Position numbers and translations under genes: made by a program
Notes under the pieces: model-generated
The model's input: the letters and a program-made list of their open reading frames with translations, nothing else
What the model was told of the DNA's origin: nothing
Databases searched by the model: none
Assembly (NCBI GenBank): GCA_964016885.1
Contig: OZ024742.1
Span: forward strand, 89,714,001 to 89,778,000
Origin: Eledone cirrhosa
Taxonomy: Eukaryota
DNA length: 64,000 nt
Direction: 5' to 3'
Shown here: positions 1 through 11,916 of the stretch, one piece after another
Position numbering within the stretch: position 1 is the first letter of the stretch
Layout of the letters: every line of letters begins with the position of its first letter

Positions 1-11
1 ACTATATAACA

Positions 12-92
12 TACGCGTACAAATCGAAAGAGATCTGTTTCGCCAGTAAGTTGTTGACTGAAATGGAATAGCCTAGCGTTCATCAGCGCCTG
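12..92 (-). ncRNA. Type I hammerhead ribozyme, mirror copy with weakened stem I
   Basis: Reverse complement of 604-684; core intact, stem I caggcg/cgcgta has mismatches. Confidence 0.65.
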
Positions 93-603
93 CTAAACTA
101 TACATTCCAGACAACTCTAACAGAATCTAAAGCGACCGTCCAGCTACACGCGGCAGAGAGATGTCACAGCGTGTTTAGGAAAGTGAAGCAGTGATATCTG
201 AGGGACGAGCTGCTAGAAAGGGCAGCCCCAAAACCACTCAAATAAGTGTGTTGAACCAAACAGAGAGGAACGACTGTTATAAGGAGCGAAATATCACGAT
301 ACATTAACGGAGCCATAGACTCTCCAGGATTCCTTTTCCTTTGAGCACATTATTGACAGGGAATAACAAGAGTCTATGGCTCCGTTAATTTATCGTGATA
401 TTTCGCTCCTTATAACAGTCTTTCTTCTCTCTTTGCTTGGTTGAGCACACTTCTTTGAGTGGCTTTTGGGCTGCCCTTTCTAGCAGCTCGTCCCTCAGAT
501 AGTACTGGTTCACTGCCCTAAACACGCTGTGACATCTCTCTGCCGCGTGTAGCTGGACGGTCGCTTTAGATTCTCTTAGAATTGTCAGGAATGTATAGTC
601 TAG

Positions 604-684
604 TACGCGCTGATGAACGCTAGGCTATTCCATTTCAGTCAACAACTTACTGGCGAAACAGATCTCTTTCGATTTGTACGCGTG
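604..684 (+). ncRNA. Type I hammerhead ribozyme
   Basis: Stem I tacgcg/cgcgtg; core CTGATGA (610-616) plus 2 extra nt (AC); stem II gctag/ctggc; GAAA (655-658); stem III acagatc/gatttgt; cleavage triplet GTA (676-678). Confidence 0.8.
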
Positions 685-925
685 TGTTATATAGTTATAG
701 AGGTGCGTATATACATTTTAATTTATATTTTTAATTATTGTGTGTCTACTCTGCCTTCCATAGATATAGATTCCATTCACTGGTGGTTTTCCCTGTTTTA
801 TTGATGGCACACTTTCTCTCTCTAGTGTGTTACCTTTTCAAGAGCTCAGGATTCCTTTTCCTTTGGGCACATTATTGACAGGGAATAACGAGAGTCTATG
901 GCTCCGTTAATTTATCGTGATATAT

Positions 926-971
<46 letters not shown>

Positions 972-983
972 TTCAAACAATCA

Positions 984-1282
<299 letters not shown>

Positions 1283-1674
1283 CAACTGTTCACTTTTAAG
1301 CTCAATGAAGAATTAATAAATTAAAATCAAAAAATCAGACCATTATATCATAAATCATGTCCATAGAATCATCAGATATTAAAATATATTTAATTTATTA
1401 ATTCTTCATTGAGCTTAAAAGTGAACATTTGCAACATATATATATATCTTTAATTTTATGTATATGATAACCTTTATATTTAATAATCTCCCAATTGGTT
1501 GAGATTAAATTTGGCGATATATGGCTGCGCTTTCTAGCAGCAAGCCTACCCACCGTAAGCAACCTATCACACGCTTTCTCTCTGGCTGGTACACAGCTAC
1601 ATAGCGATTTTAGCCATTTTTTAATCTAAATTTGGCGCGATCTGTTAGAAAAACTAAATGTCTGATTTTGAGTT

Positions 1675-1753
1675 TATCTCCTGAAGAATCCTAACTCTGG
1701 ATAATTCATATTATTTGGATGTCCTAAATAAGGAAGTAACCATGGTAGAGATA
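1675..1753 (+). ncRNA. Degenerate hammerhead (GAAA read as GTAA)
   Basis: tatctc CTGAAGA atcct...agga a GTAA C CATG GTA gagata; stem III region ACCATGGT is palindromic. Confidence 0.6.
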
Positions 1754-2344
1754 TAATTACGGTATGTGCGCATTTCTTCTAAGTTTAATTTTACTACTAA
1801 TTGTGTGTGGTTGATGGTATATTTGGTCGGATTCTGCATGCTGCCGAAATGTTGGATAAATAATGGAACGGGGCTGCCGCGAAGAGGCTACGATCAATTG
1901 TTTGTCGGAGATTTCCCCATCAGAAAATTTATTCTTAAATCTTGCTAGATTTGATTTTGTATATGGTTAATTATGCTAATTAGAAGAAGAAATAGTATAT
2001 ATTTTAATATCTGATGATTCTATGGACATGAATTATGATATAATGCTCTGATTTTTTGATTTTAATTTATTAATTTTTCATTGAGCTTAAAAGTGAAGAG
2101 TTGCAACATATATATATCTTTAATTTTATGTATATGATAACATTTATATTTAATAATCTCCCAATTGGTTGAGATTAAATTTGGCGATATATGGCTGAGC
2201 TTTCTAGCAGCAAGCCTACCCGCCGTAAGCAACCAATCACACGCTTTCTCTCTGGCTGGTACACAGCTACATAGCGATTTTAGCCATTTTTTAATCTAAA
2301 TTTGGCGCGATCGGTTAGAAAAACTAAATGTCTGATTTTGAGTT

Positions 2345-2423
2345 TATCTCCTGAAGAATCCTAACTCTGGATAATTCATATTATTTGGATGTCCTAAATA
2401 AGGAAGAAACGATGGTAGAGATA
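2345..2423 (+). ncRNA. Hammerhead ribozyme with minimal stem III
   Basis: tatctc CTGAAGA (2351-2357) atcct...agga a GAAAC GATG GTA gagata; 6-bp stem I. Confidence 0.7.
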
Positions 2424-2707
2424 TAATTACGGTATGTGCGCATTTCTTCTAAGTTTAATTTTACTACTAATTGTGTGTGGTTGATGGTATATTTGGTCGG
2501 ATTCTACATGCTGCCGAAATGTTGGATAAATAATGGAACGGGGCTGCCGCGAAGAGGCTACGATCAATTGTTTGTCGGAGATTTCCCCATAAGAAAATTT
2601 ATTCTTAAAGCTTGCTAGATTTGATTTTGTATATGGTTAATTATGCTAATTAGAAGAAGAAATAGTATATATTTTAATATCTGATGATTCTATGGACATG
2701 ATTTATG

Positions 2708-2739
<32 letters not shown>

Positions 2740-2872
2740 TTGGAGGCTTAGTAAAATAGAATCTTTGGCGGTGTGCGGGCACATTCGACCTACGATATGA
2801 ATGCGTTAGCAAATGGCTATGGATATATATGTATATAATATATATGTAAGTATGCATACGTACATATAAATG

Positions 2873-3450
<578 letters not shown>

Positions 3451-3595
3451 CCGACCATATATATATATATACATTCCACACAATACAATTAGTTAGCACC
3501 CCGAACGTTTAATTAGGAATATACTCACTTTGCTAATGTTTGTTGAGTGAGTTGGGATTTGGCCGGCGCATTGCTATTAGCTTTCTCCGATAATG

Positions 3596-3641
<46 letters not shown>

Positions 3642-3791
3642 CAAGATGTATGGTAGGTCGTACGTAAATCGCGATGATCACGCTTGATCTACCAAATATG
3701 CGACGGTAGCTAGTTAAGCTCTATGCGTATAAGCAGAGCAGAAATATTAATGAAAAAGAACAACGGAACTATTATGACATTATAACAAGTT

Positions 3792-3845
3792 TATAGCCGA
3801 CAGCCGTTTCGTCCGACCATATGGTGGCACTTTTCAAGGCATATA
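3792..3845 (-). ncRNA. Hammerhead ribozyme, U3-A8 core variant
   Basis: Minus strand: tatatgcc TTGAAAA gtgccaccatatggtcggac GAAAC GGCT GTC ggctata. Confidence 0.7.
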
Positions 3846-5508
3846 ACAGGTGATTGTAAGTTCATTATTTACATCAACGTTTCACTCAAGATTAGCAGTT
3901 TGAAATCGTGGTATACATCAACAGCTCTGCTTGTATATTTGGGGTCTATATTCTAAGGGGGCTCTTTTATATTAGTTGTAGAAGTTGTAAAATGGATGGG
4001 TTATAGGGAGTTAAGAGAATTTGAAAAGGGCCTAAGAGTTAGGGATTGAAGGTTAAAAATTAAAGAATTTATAAGTTACGCATTAAAAGTAAGAGACTTG
4101 GGATCTCGTAAAAGCACCTTTAAAAATCCCTCAATAAGAGCATAAAGCTTATAAGCCCCAATAAACCTAAAGGAAAGGGATGTTTCTCTTTGTTGAATCT
4201 AAGTCACCATTTTAGCGGAGAAGTATTTAGAGAGTTGTAATATTGCCACGAGGAACCACCGTTGGTAGAAAGATATGATAGGAATATCGACAATGACTTT
4301 AGCTTGGTTTTACATTATTTATTAACAGAGGTTGAGCTGGCATGCCAAGAGAAATAAAAAAAATCAATTAAGATTACAAGAGAAAATACGGGCGACTGGC
4401 TGAAGGCGTTTGGCCAGGCTCGTAGGTAATGTTTTGTCGTTACATATTGTTTGTGCTTACGGAGCAAAAGAACAAGCGTGTTTTACCTTAGCATGGTCCA
4501 GCTGCGAGTCATAGCGTCCTCAAATCTTTGCGGGCTATTCCTCCCCCAGAACGCGTAGGGATACATCCTGTTCTCCTGGCGCTGATTGGCTGAGCTGAGC
4601 CAAATCACGCACAGAGAATGTATGTGAGCCCGCGAAATGTAGGTCACTACAAACCTAACAAACCAGAAGAGATTAAGAGAATAAAAAAAAATTAAAAAAT
4701 AAAAATAAAAAGTTTCCTAAAAAATTCCTTCAAAAACAAACAAAAAAATTTTCTAAGAGATCCCCTTAAAAAATTTTAGAAAATTTACGATGATTTAATA
4801 ATCCCTACGAAAGTTCTAAACTCAAAAGTTAAAAATTAAAAATTAAAAATTAGGGAAAAGAACTTTCAATAAGATTTAAGAGGTTAATAAAGTTAATGAT
4901 TTAGGGAATCCATAATATAAAGATTAAGATTTAAGTTAGGATTTGAATTTTAAGAGTTCCAAACCCAGAAATTAAAAAAATTTATGAATTTAAGATTAAG
5001 CAATCTTATATATCCAAGATTAAAAATTAAAGATTAAGGGGTTGAACATTAAATTTAATTTTAAAAATTAAGAAAAAAATAGTTGAAAGAAATTAATCAA
5101 TTAAAGGTTAATTCAAAAAGCCTTCAAAAAATACCTCAGAAAAGGCCCCTTTAATATTTTTAACAAAAACCTCTTCCGAAAGACCCTTCAAAGATTTAAA
5201 ATTTTAGAGAACCTTTAAAAATATATATAAATGAATTGAGGAAATTTACAAATTTAAAATTAAAAATTACGGGATTTGGGAGATCCGAGGAATTTTCAAA
5301 GGGCTGGTTCAACAGATACAGCAACTTAGGTATAATAGATAAAGTAATTTAAGTAATTTAAGTAATCTAATTAAGGAGCAATTCAAAGAGCTTATCAAGT
5401 TGGGCAAGATTAAAGAAAATAATAAGTAAGGAAATATATAAACAAAAAGACAATAATTATAAAATGTATTTTTAATAGCTTCAGTAATGTATTATCAAAA
5501 AATTATTA

Positions 5509-5763
5509 ATATAGGATTAACAAAGACATAATAATATATTCCTGCCTAATTAACAAACAATCAATAAACAATTAACAGTCAAGCAAATTTACTCAGGGTT
5601 ATCCCACGCACGAATACTTTACACACATACAGCAATATATAGGATTAACAAAGACATAATAGTATATTCCTGCCTAATTAACAAACAATCAATAAACAAT
5701 TAACAGTCAACCAAATTTACTCAGGGATATCCCACGCACGAATACTTTACACACATACAGCAA
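5509..5763. repeat. Tandem duplication, 128-bp period, 2 copies
   Basis: ataggattaacaaagacataat...acacacatacagcaa starts at 5511 and again at 5639. Confidence 0.9.
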
Positions 5764-6565
5764 GATGAACAATACCGGTGACCTTGTGGGTGCGATATCC
5801 ATTGTGCCATGCAGTCATCTGCATAGCTCCAGGCACAGTTGGTCTTGTTGAAAAGTTCCGAGTTCACGGATTAACTGGGATTCACTATCAGCTGTGTGGA
5901 CTCTCTGGGAAATGTACCTGTGGATCAAATAGCTAGTGGTCGCAGGGTGTGGTCCGTTCGATCTTTTCCATGTAGTTTCGGTCGTGCCAGTTATTAATCC
6001 ATGCGTGGGATTGCACGCGTTTGCGATAGATCAGCCTGCCGGTTCTAAATCCAAGGTTTTGCTGTATAGGATATATTGGTGTACATGATATATTGGTAAA
6101 AAAGTCCAGTATGGACTTGACTGGGGTGGTATATTGCGTCTCTCGCTATTATCCCCTCCTCTCACCAATTCCAAGTTCACACACGACTGGTCAAATGCTA
6201 AGGGCTGCCCCCTCTTTGCTTGTTGTAGGGGTCGGTTCTAGCTTAGATGGTGATTGTGTTATCCATGTTGCTTCTATATCCCGTCAGTCATGCATATTCA
6301 AGACAGATCACGGTATATATGCAGATATTTGCGGGTATGGTCCGGCGTCTACGCTATCCAAAGGGTCTCTCTTGTGGTATTTTCAAATTCGCATGTCATC
6401 TCACGATTAAGTCTGCGCATGCTTCGGTGAATCCCGTGCATGGAATCTTGGGGTCTCATATTACACGGGGTGACTAGCAGAAAATACATACTCCATGCTA
6501 TCGCGCAGGCGCAGGCCTGTGGCTACGACCATGTCCAGTCTCGGGTAGTAGCAGACAGCATGTAT

Positions 6566-7509
6566 AATTCAAAGGGTTATATGTATATAATTCGACATAG
6601 TCACAGATACATATATGAGTTTGGCTACCTTTCACGGTGTGGCTCAATGAAGAATTAATTAGTTCTTCAAACTTGCAATTTATTATATATAGCACTGATT
6701 AATCATTATTTGCTTAATTAATTCTTCATTGAGCCACACCGTGAATGGTTGCCAAACTCATATATGTATCTGTGACTATGTCTAATTATATACATATATC
6801 CCTCTAAATTTAATATATACTCCCGTAAGGTTGAGTAAAACTTTAGGTAGTATCTGGATGCGCTTTCTATCAACCAGCCTACTTGCCGACTGGCAACCAA
6901 TCACTACTCTCTGCCTTGACCGCTAGTCACGTGATAGTTCTTAGCCATTTTTTAATTCATTTCTGGCGGGGATCACGGTAGAAATTTTAGTCCAGACTCG
7001 AGGTGTCTCTTGAAGAGTTCGAAGCCTTGTGGATAGATCCAGGATTGGGTATATCCGGAGAAAAGGAACAAAACTACCGGTAGTCGACATTAGAGGAATT
7101 TTGGTAAAGTTGATATGCATTTATTCTTCTAACTTCTATTTATACCTAACTCCGTGTAGTTGATTATTTATCTAGTCAATTTCTAAGGGCTAAAAGGAAT
7201 GACTAGGTAAATTTTATCTGGCTATCCCTCGAAGAAGATAGTCTGTATCATTTGTCTATTATTTCTTCATAGTTATTTTTTAAACTTATAGCCTCGTTTA
7301 AATGATTATTTATGTGGTTGATTTCTACGGGCTAGGGAAAGGAAATACTGTATATATTTTATCTAATAGTTCTTCAAACTTGCAATTTTATATATAGCTC
7401 TGATTAATGATTATTTGCTTAATTAATTCTTCATTGAGCCACACTGTGAAAGGTAGCCAAACTCATATATGTATCTGTGACAAATTATATACATATATCC
7501 CTTTGAATG
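6566..7509 (+). mobile_element. Fold-back pLTR element related to family B: arms 6566-6661 / 6715-6810, direct repeat of about 6660-6805 at 7367-7509
   Basis: Inverted and direct repeats visible; shares ctcaatgaagaattaat and tagccattttttaat with 1278-2709. Confidence 0.8.
7002..7091 (+). ncRNA. Degenerate hammerhead
   Basis: ggtgtc tc TTGAAGA gttc...gaac AAAAC TACCGGTA GTC gacatt; GAAA read as AAAA; 12-nt palindrome ACTACCGGTAGT in stem III. Confidence 0.55.
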
Positions 7510-7529
7510 TTATATATATATATGTATAT

Positions 7530-10200
7530 TAGAGTGTGCCATAAAAGGCAAGGTCACAATACTAACGTTCCCTGTGTATTTTCCCATTATAAATGCCCCA
7601 ATTGGTAAAATAAATCATATTTTGTATAAAATAAATTATTTTGAGACTTGTCTATATCATGGTGATTATAGTGGAAAGTGTGATTATGTTGTATGAAATC
7701 ATGAAAATGTGAAACCAAATATGACCATACAATAATTGTTTATTTTATTAATCCATTATATTAATAAATCAGCTTTGAATATAAACGCGTACAAGGAAGA
7801 AACAAGTTCAGTTAAGTTAACTCCAGTCATATTTTTTTCAGAGTTTCTTTTTGGAAATCAGCGACGACTAGCTTCGACTACTTGAAGAACACACTGATTC
7901 TCCTCCTCATTCTTGGTGATGGCAACAAAATCAGTCATCAACTTGACTGCTCTCTTCGTCGTTGACTACCTTGATATTGTGAACAACAGCACAGGAATTT
8001 TGATATGACGCTTGTGATGACCAAGTTGCAGGTGACAGCTCAAACCAAGCATCGTCGAGACCAAGGAGATCGAACAGAAGCCTTGATTTCTTCCCAACTA
8101 GATGAGGCAGCTTCGTGGACGACTTCAACTCGGGAAATACTGGAGCATCACGATCAAGAGGCCCAGACGTTTTCGTTTTGACAAGACGTTGGGCTATTTG
8201 TTTCCACTCGGACTCTTGGACCCGACTTCAAAACAGCGCTAGCGGAATGGCTTCCACCGTCAGGTACCAAAGATGCCTGCTCAGAACAGTAGTGGCTGCC
8301 TGCGAGAGATCTTTGTCAACCTTACTGTACTGTGTCAACTCCACGTAAAATTGGAGGTCATTGGATGGTGTATCAGCACACTTGACTGCTGTCAGCCGGT
8401 ATCGCACGTAGAACAGAGCATTGAAAATACACATCCGGCGCAACTTTTACATTTTAGCTTGATCGTAATTGTGTCGCTCACAAAATGCATACACATTTGC
8501 ACTATAGATGATTGTGGACATCCACCAAGCGTTATGATGTGCACCAGGCAGCATCCAATGAATTCCACGAGGAGGGGTGACACCAAGCAAGATCAACATC
8601 CACTCGGCACATCCTCGGTAGTCGTCAGATGTCAGCAAATCTTGGAGGAACTTGATGTTCTCAGAACACAGACGCTTGAGTCTCCGGTCGACAATGTTCA
8701 ATGTTTTAAAGTTGGTCTTGTCCGTGAGTAACACCCAATCTTTTTTTAACTCCTTGAAGTCTGGGGTGTCTGGACTGGACATTGCTCCGAATAGTTGTTG
8801 CCACACTGCACACAAGATACGCTCCATGAATGGTGCCGACAAGCAAAATAAAACACCTTTTTGTTGAGCATCTCTTCTAGTTTCACGCAGGCACCATTTT
8901 TCCATCCAGAATTCGAAGCAATTGTGTCGAAGACCAAGCCCACCACACACCCATCAACATTCCAATCTTTAACAAGATCAAATGATGCTTTGGCTTGGGT
9001 GGTTCCAGTGCCATCAGGAATTATGGGAACACCGAGGAGTTTACCTTCTCTGAAGTCCGGAGTTCCAGCAACTAGCACACCTAGCCTCTCGTGGTCACCA
9101 GGAATTATTTTGCCATCCCAATGCAAGGTAACAAAGTCTGGTACAGCAAATTGTTCCTTTATGTGTTCAGCCCCCACAGTTTGATCTTCTTAGCTGCACG
9201 TCTGCTACTATTCTTGGAGAGAGTTGTGGTGTCTATGTCAGTCCCATCCTCAGAAATAATCGATGCCATAAATGCTGTTTTCTGGCCCAGTGTCAGCTTT
9301 AAACGATCTGCCATTAGAGGAATTTTTGGACTTTGAAATGGATTCTTTGGGAGTTCCTCGTTTCTTGTCTGACTTTCAGCTGTCTCTGGGTGGGTTTGAG
9401 GCCTGATTCAGGATCCTGTTCATCTTCAGTTTCATCATTGGTTGAACTTGAATCTCTCAGTTCATTACGTGGAAGTTGTGCTGCTACAGGACCTGACAAA
9501 CGCTTTCTATGGTTCTCTGACTCTCAACGAGCCACAGAAACCTGATTACGCTTAAACTTTGAAGATACCTTTTTCTGGTAACCCTTGTCTTCAGCACCCA
9601 GAGATACTTTTTTCTGGCAACGCAGGGCTTCGAGAAATGTATCATCTTCCATTTTCTCTTCATTATTACGAAGACGGTCTTTCAAAATTTTCTTTTCTGC
9701 ATCAGCTTGTGCAATGTAGAAATACGAATCCATTTCAGAAATAAATAGTGCTTCCTTTTCTTTGTTTGACTTAGAAACTTTGTTTTTTTTTTGTAAATTT
9801 CTATATTCACTGTACATGTACATAATTTTCAGTTTCACTTTGCCTGTTCGTTGAGTCGCCACACCAGCTTTTTCCCACTGACTAACTATTTCCATCACAT
9901 ACCTATCCGCAATAGCACCATTGAAGCTCACATGCTTTTCGTGTTTAATAGAACCATCTTTCAGGTAGAAGAAATATCTTACAACATCCCCCTTTGTTGG
10001 TATTTTGTTTGGTGATAAGGATGTAACATATTGCCCCAGGAGCCATATTTCTCGATCATCACAACGGAGCGAGTAGCTACAACTAGGCCTACTGGTTTCC
10101 GCCATTATTCTGCCAATTTGCAACTATTAGGCAAGGCTTAAATTAGTCTGAAATAATCAAAATTACATTATAAATTGATAATATACAAAATGGCATAAGA
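7530..10200 (-). mobile_element. Decayed DNA transposon, hAT-related (hATm-like); only one terminus seen
   Basis: Terminus TAGAGTGTGCC at 7530; transposase fragments on the minus strand; the 5' end is replaced by a PLE fragment at about 10200. Confidence 0.65.
7830..10123 (-). pseudogene. Frameshifted DDE transposase
   Basis: ORF pieces 9524-10123, 8746-9177, 8447-8950, 8228-8443 and 7931-8128 carry LHWDGK, ERLGVLV, LLGVP, FDTxxSNSG, CRHH, PGAHHxAxWM, RHLWYL and VVND motifs. Confidence 0.85.
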
Positions 10201-10202
10201 AA

Positions 10203-10412
10203 ATGCATAGGGAGCTAAGAAAAAGACACTTTTGTGTAAAATTATCGACAGCAAATGCCTACAGCAATGGTATGTCCCACTGCGGCCTCTGTAATTTAGA
10301 ACTGCTGCATATTTTAAGAGACGATAGGATGCTGCTTAACAGCAAAATAGAAAAATCCATTTTCTGTAGGCATAAAATAGCTACTAGATTTACGAACTTC
10401 AAACCACCATGA
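10203..10412 (+). pseudogene. C-terminal fragment of a Naiad-like PLE GIY-YIG endonuclease
   Basis: AYSNGMSHCGLCNLELLHI...LLNSKIE...CRH parallels the CxLC..E...LLN.R.E....CxH tail at 20220-20379. Confidence 0.7.
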
Positions 10413-11322
10413 TTTGAACCAGCAATCCCAAAATTAGCACTGAACCACTAGATTTTAATATATTGAATACACACCATCGCACCACTATTAGCTATCAAAC
10501 AGCCAACTGATCACTGGAACATAAATCTCTGTACACTTCTTCCACCCTCTCTCCATCAACCTCATTAAGATAGAACAACCAGCAAAACATCTACAACAAA
10601 CGTTTATCAAACGCCCTGTCAGCCCATAAGTATCATACATTAATTAATCTCTAATTTATTATCTTTCCTTTATCGGACCCTCCACACAAATTTATCTACA
10701 TCTCAAATCTGGTTTCTCATGTTAGCACCAAAAAACACTTCCTCAAAAACTACTAAAATCTAATTCTACGTACACTCTCTCATTCTTATTTCTTTTATTT
10801 CTTTGTATCCTCCATTTCCTCATGTTCTTCTTATTATTATTACTTTTTAATGTACTCTATCTTATATTTTACTTTTTTACATCTGTAACATCCCTATCTA
10901 TTTACCATACATATTTTACTATTGATGTTATTGTTTATTTAAAATGTTATTATTGATGTTATTGTTTTGGTGTTACGCTACTTTTCTATATAAGTCTTGC
11001 CTCGAGTGAACTATTTTCATATGTACGTGCTTTTATGTATTAGAGTCGATTGACGCAACCTCAAGCGATTAGCGAACTCTAGACACACCTGATCAACGAA
11101 ACAATTGTCAGTACTTTAAATAAAGCCCTTATTGTACAGCCAACTATGTTACTCTTCTTTCTTTAACTATTATTACTCCAAGTATAACCTACATAGAAAT
11201 TAGCGCGAACTCGCTGCATAGCTATGAAACCATCTTGTTGAGTCAAACAAAGCCGTACGTTAAAACGATCCACGACGCGGAGTACTCTAACTGGATTACC
11301 TATAACGACAACTTGTTATCCC
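10413..11322 (+). mobile_element. 3' region of the 5'-truncated Naiad-like PLE, with a degenerate minimal hammerhead core at 11089-11109
   Basis: CTGATCA ac GAAAC AATT GTC (ACAATTGT palindrome; stem I poor); ends in (TA)n. Confidence 0.5.
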
Positions 11323-11349
11323 ATATATATATATATATATATATATATA

Positions 11350-11455
11350 AGTTTAAATTTGGTGGTTTACCACTGGATAGAATTGGTCATTCTGCAATTT
11401 TAATCATGACGTAATATGGAAAAATCACTCGAAGTTTGCAACACATCCATCTTCA
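11350..11455 (-). repeat. Diverged copy of the family E 3' tail (also at 18250-18390, 34560-34688, 41920-42047, 49376-49503)
   Basis: accactggatagaattggtcattc is the reverse complement of gaatgaccagttctatccagtggt with one mismatch. Confidence 0.75.
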
Positions 11456-11916
11456 ATGTTGAATCTTGCTGGTGATGCGGGAACGGAGTAAATGTATTAT
11501 AAAGTGAAATGACAAGAGGCCAAATATGTTGAATTTCCTTAATTTCTTATTACTGTAAACAGTCCTTAAAGCAGCTCCCTCCCCCATCCCACGTAAACTT
11601 GAGTGGATGAATCTATCGCAATGTTGCTACATGCATTCGCTACTCCTCCTCTAGCAATAAAGCACCAGCGCAACATAATTTAGCATTCCTCTCAAATACT
11701 ATACTTCCACAGCAAGCAGGACTCGTGAATCCATTTTTCGATAAAATCTGGGATTCACAGCAAATTTGAGTCACCTTGTTATAAACCTGGGTGTGTTCCA
11801 CAATAACCTAAAATAAAAATTAAAATAACGAATGTTAATATTGGTTAAATTTAGCAACGATATTAGTAAAATTGACATACATTCACACTTGATGTATATT
11901 TATATGTGTATATATA

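Larger units (their letters stand above)
1..925. mobile_element. Fold-back non-coding Penelope-like pLTR element (family A): inverted arms 1-323 / 369-695, plus a direct partial repeat 846-925 of 325-400
   Basis: Arms are reverse complements (gccatagactct / agagtctatggc; actatataac / gttatatagt). A hammerhead lies in each arm and the element ends in (TA)n. Inverted-plus-tandem pLTR layout is typical of PLE insertions. Confidence 0.8.
3640..6565 (-). mobile_element. Probable long PLE-related element (family D) with a hammerhead near its 3' end, a GC-rich island, an A-rich spacer and a decayed ORF; boundaries uncertain
   Basis: Begins at (TA)n; hammerhead at 3792-3845; no internal microsatellite break before the fold-back at 6566. 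Confidence 0.4.
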
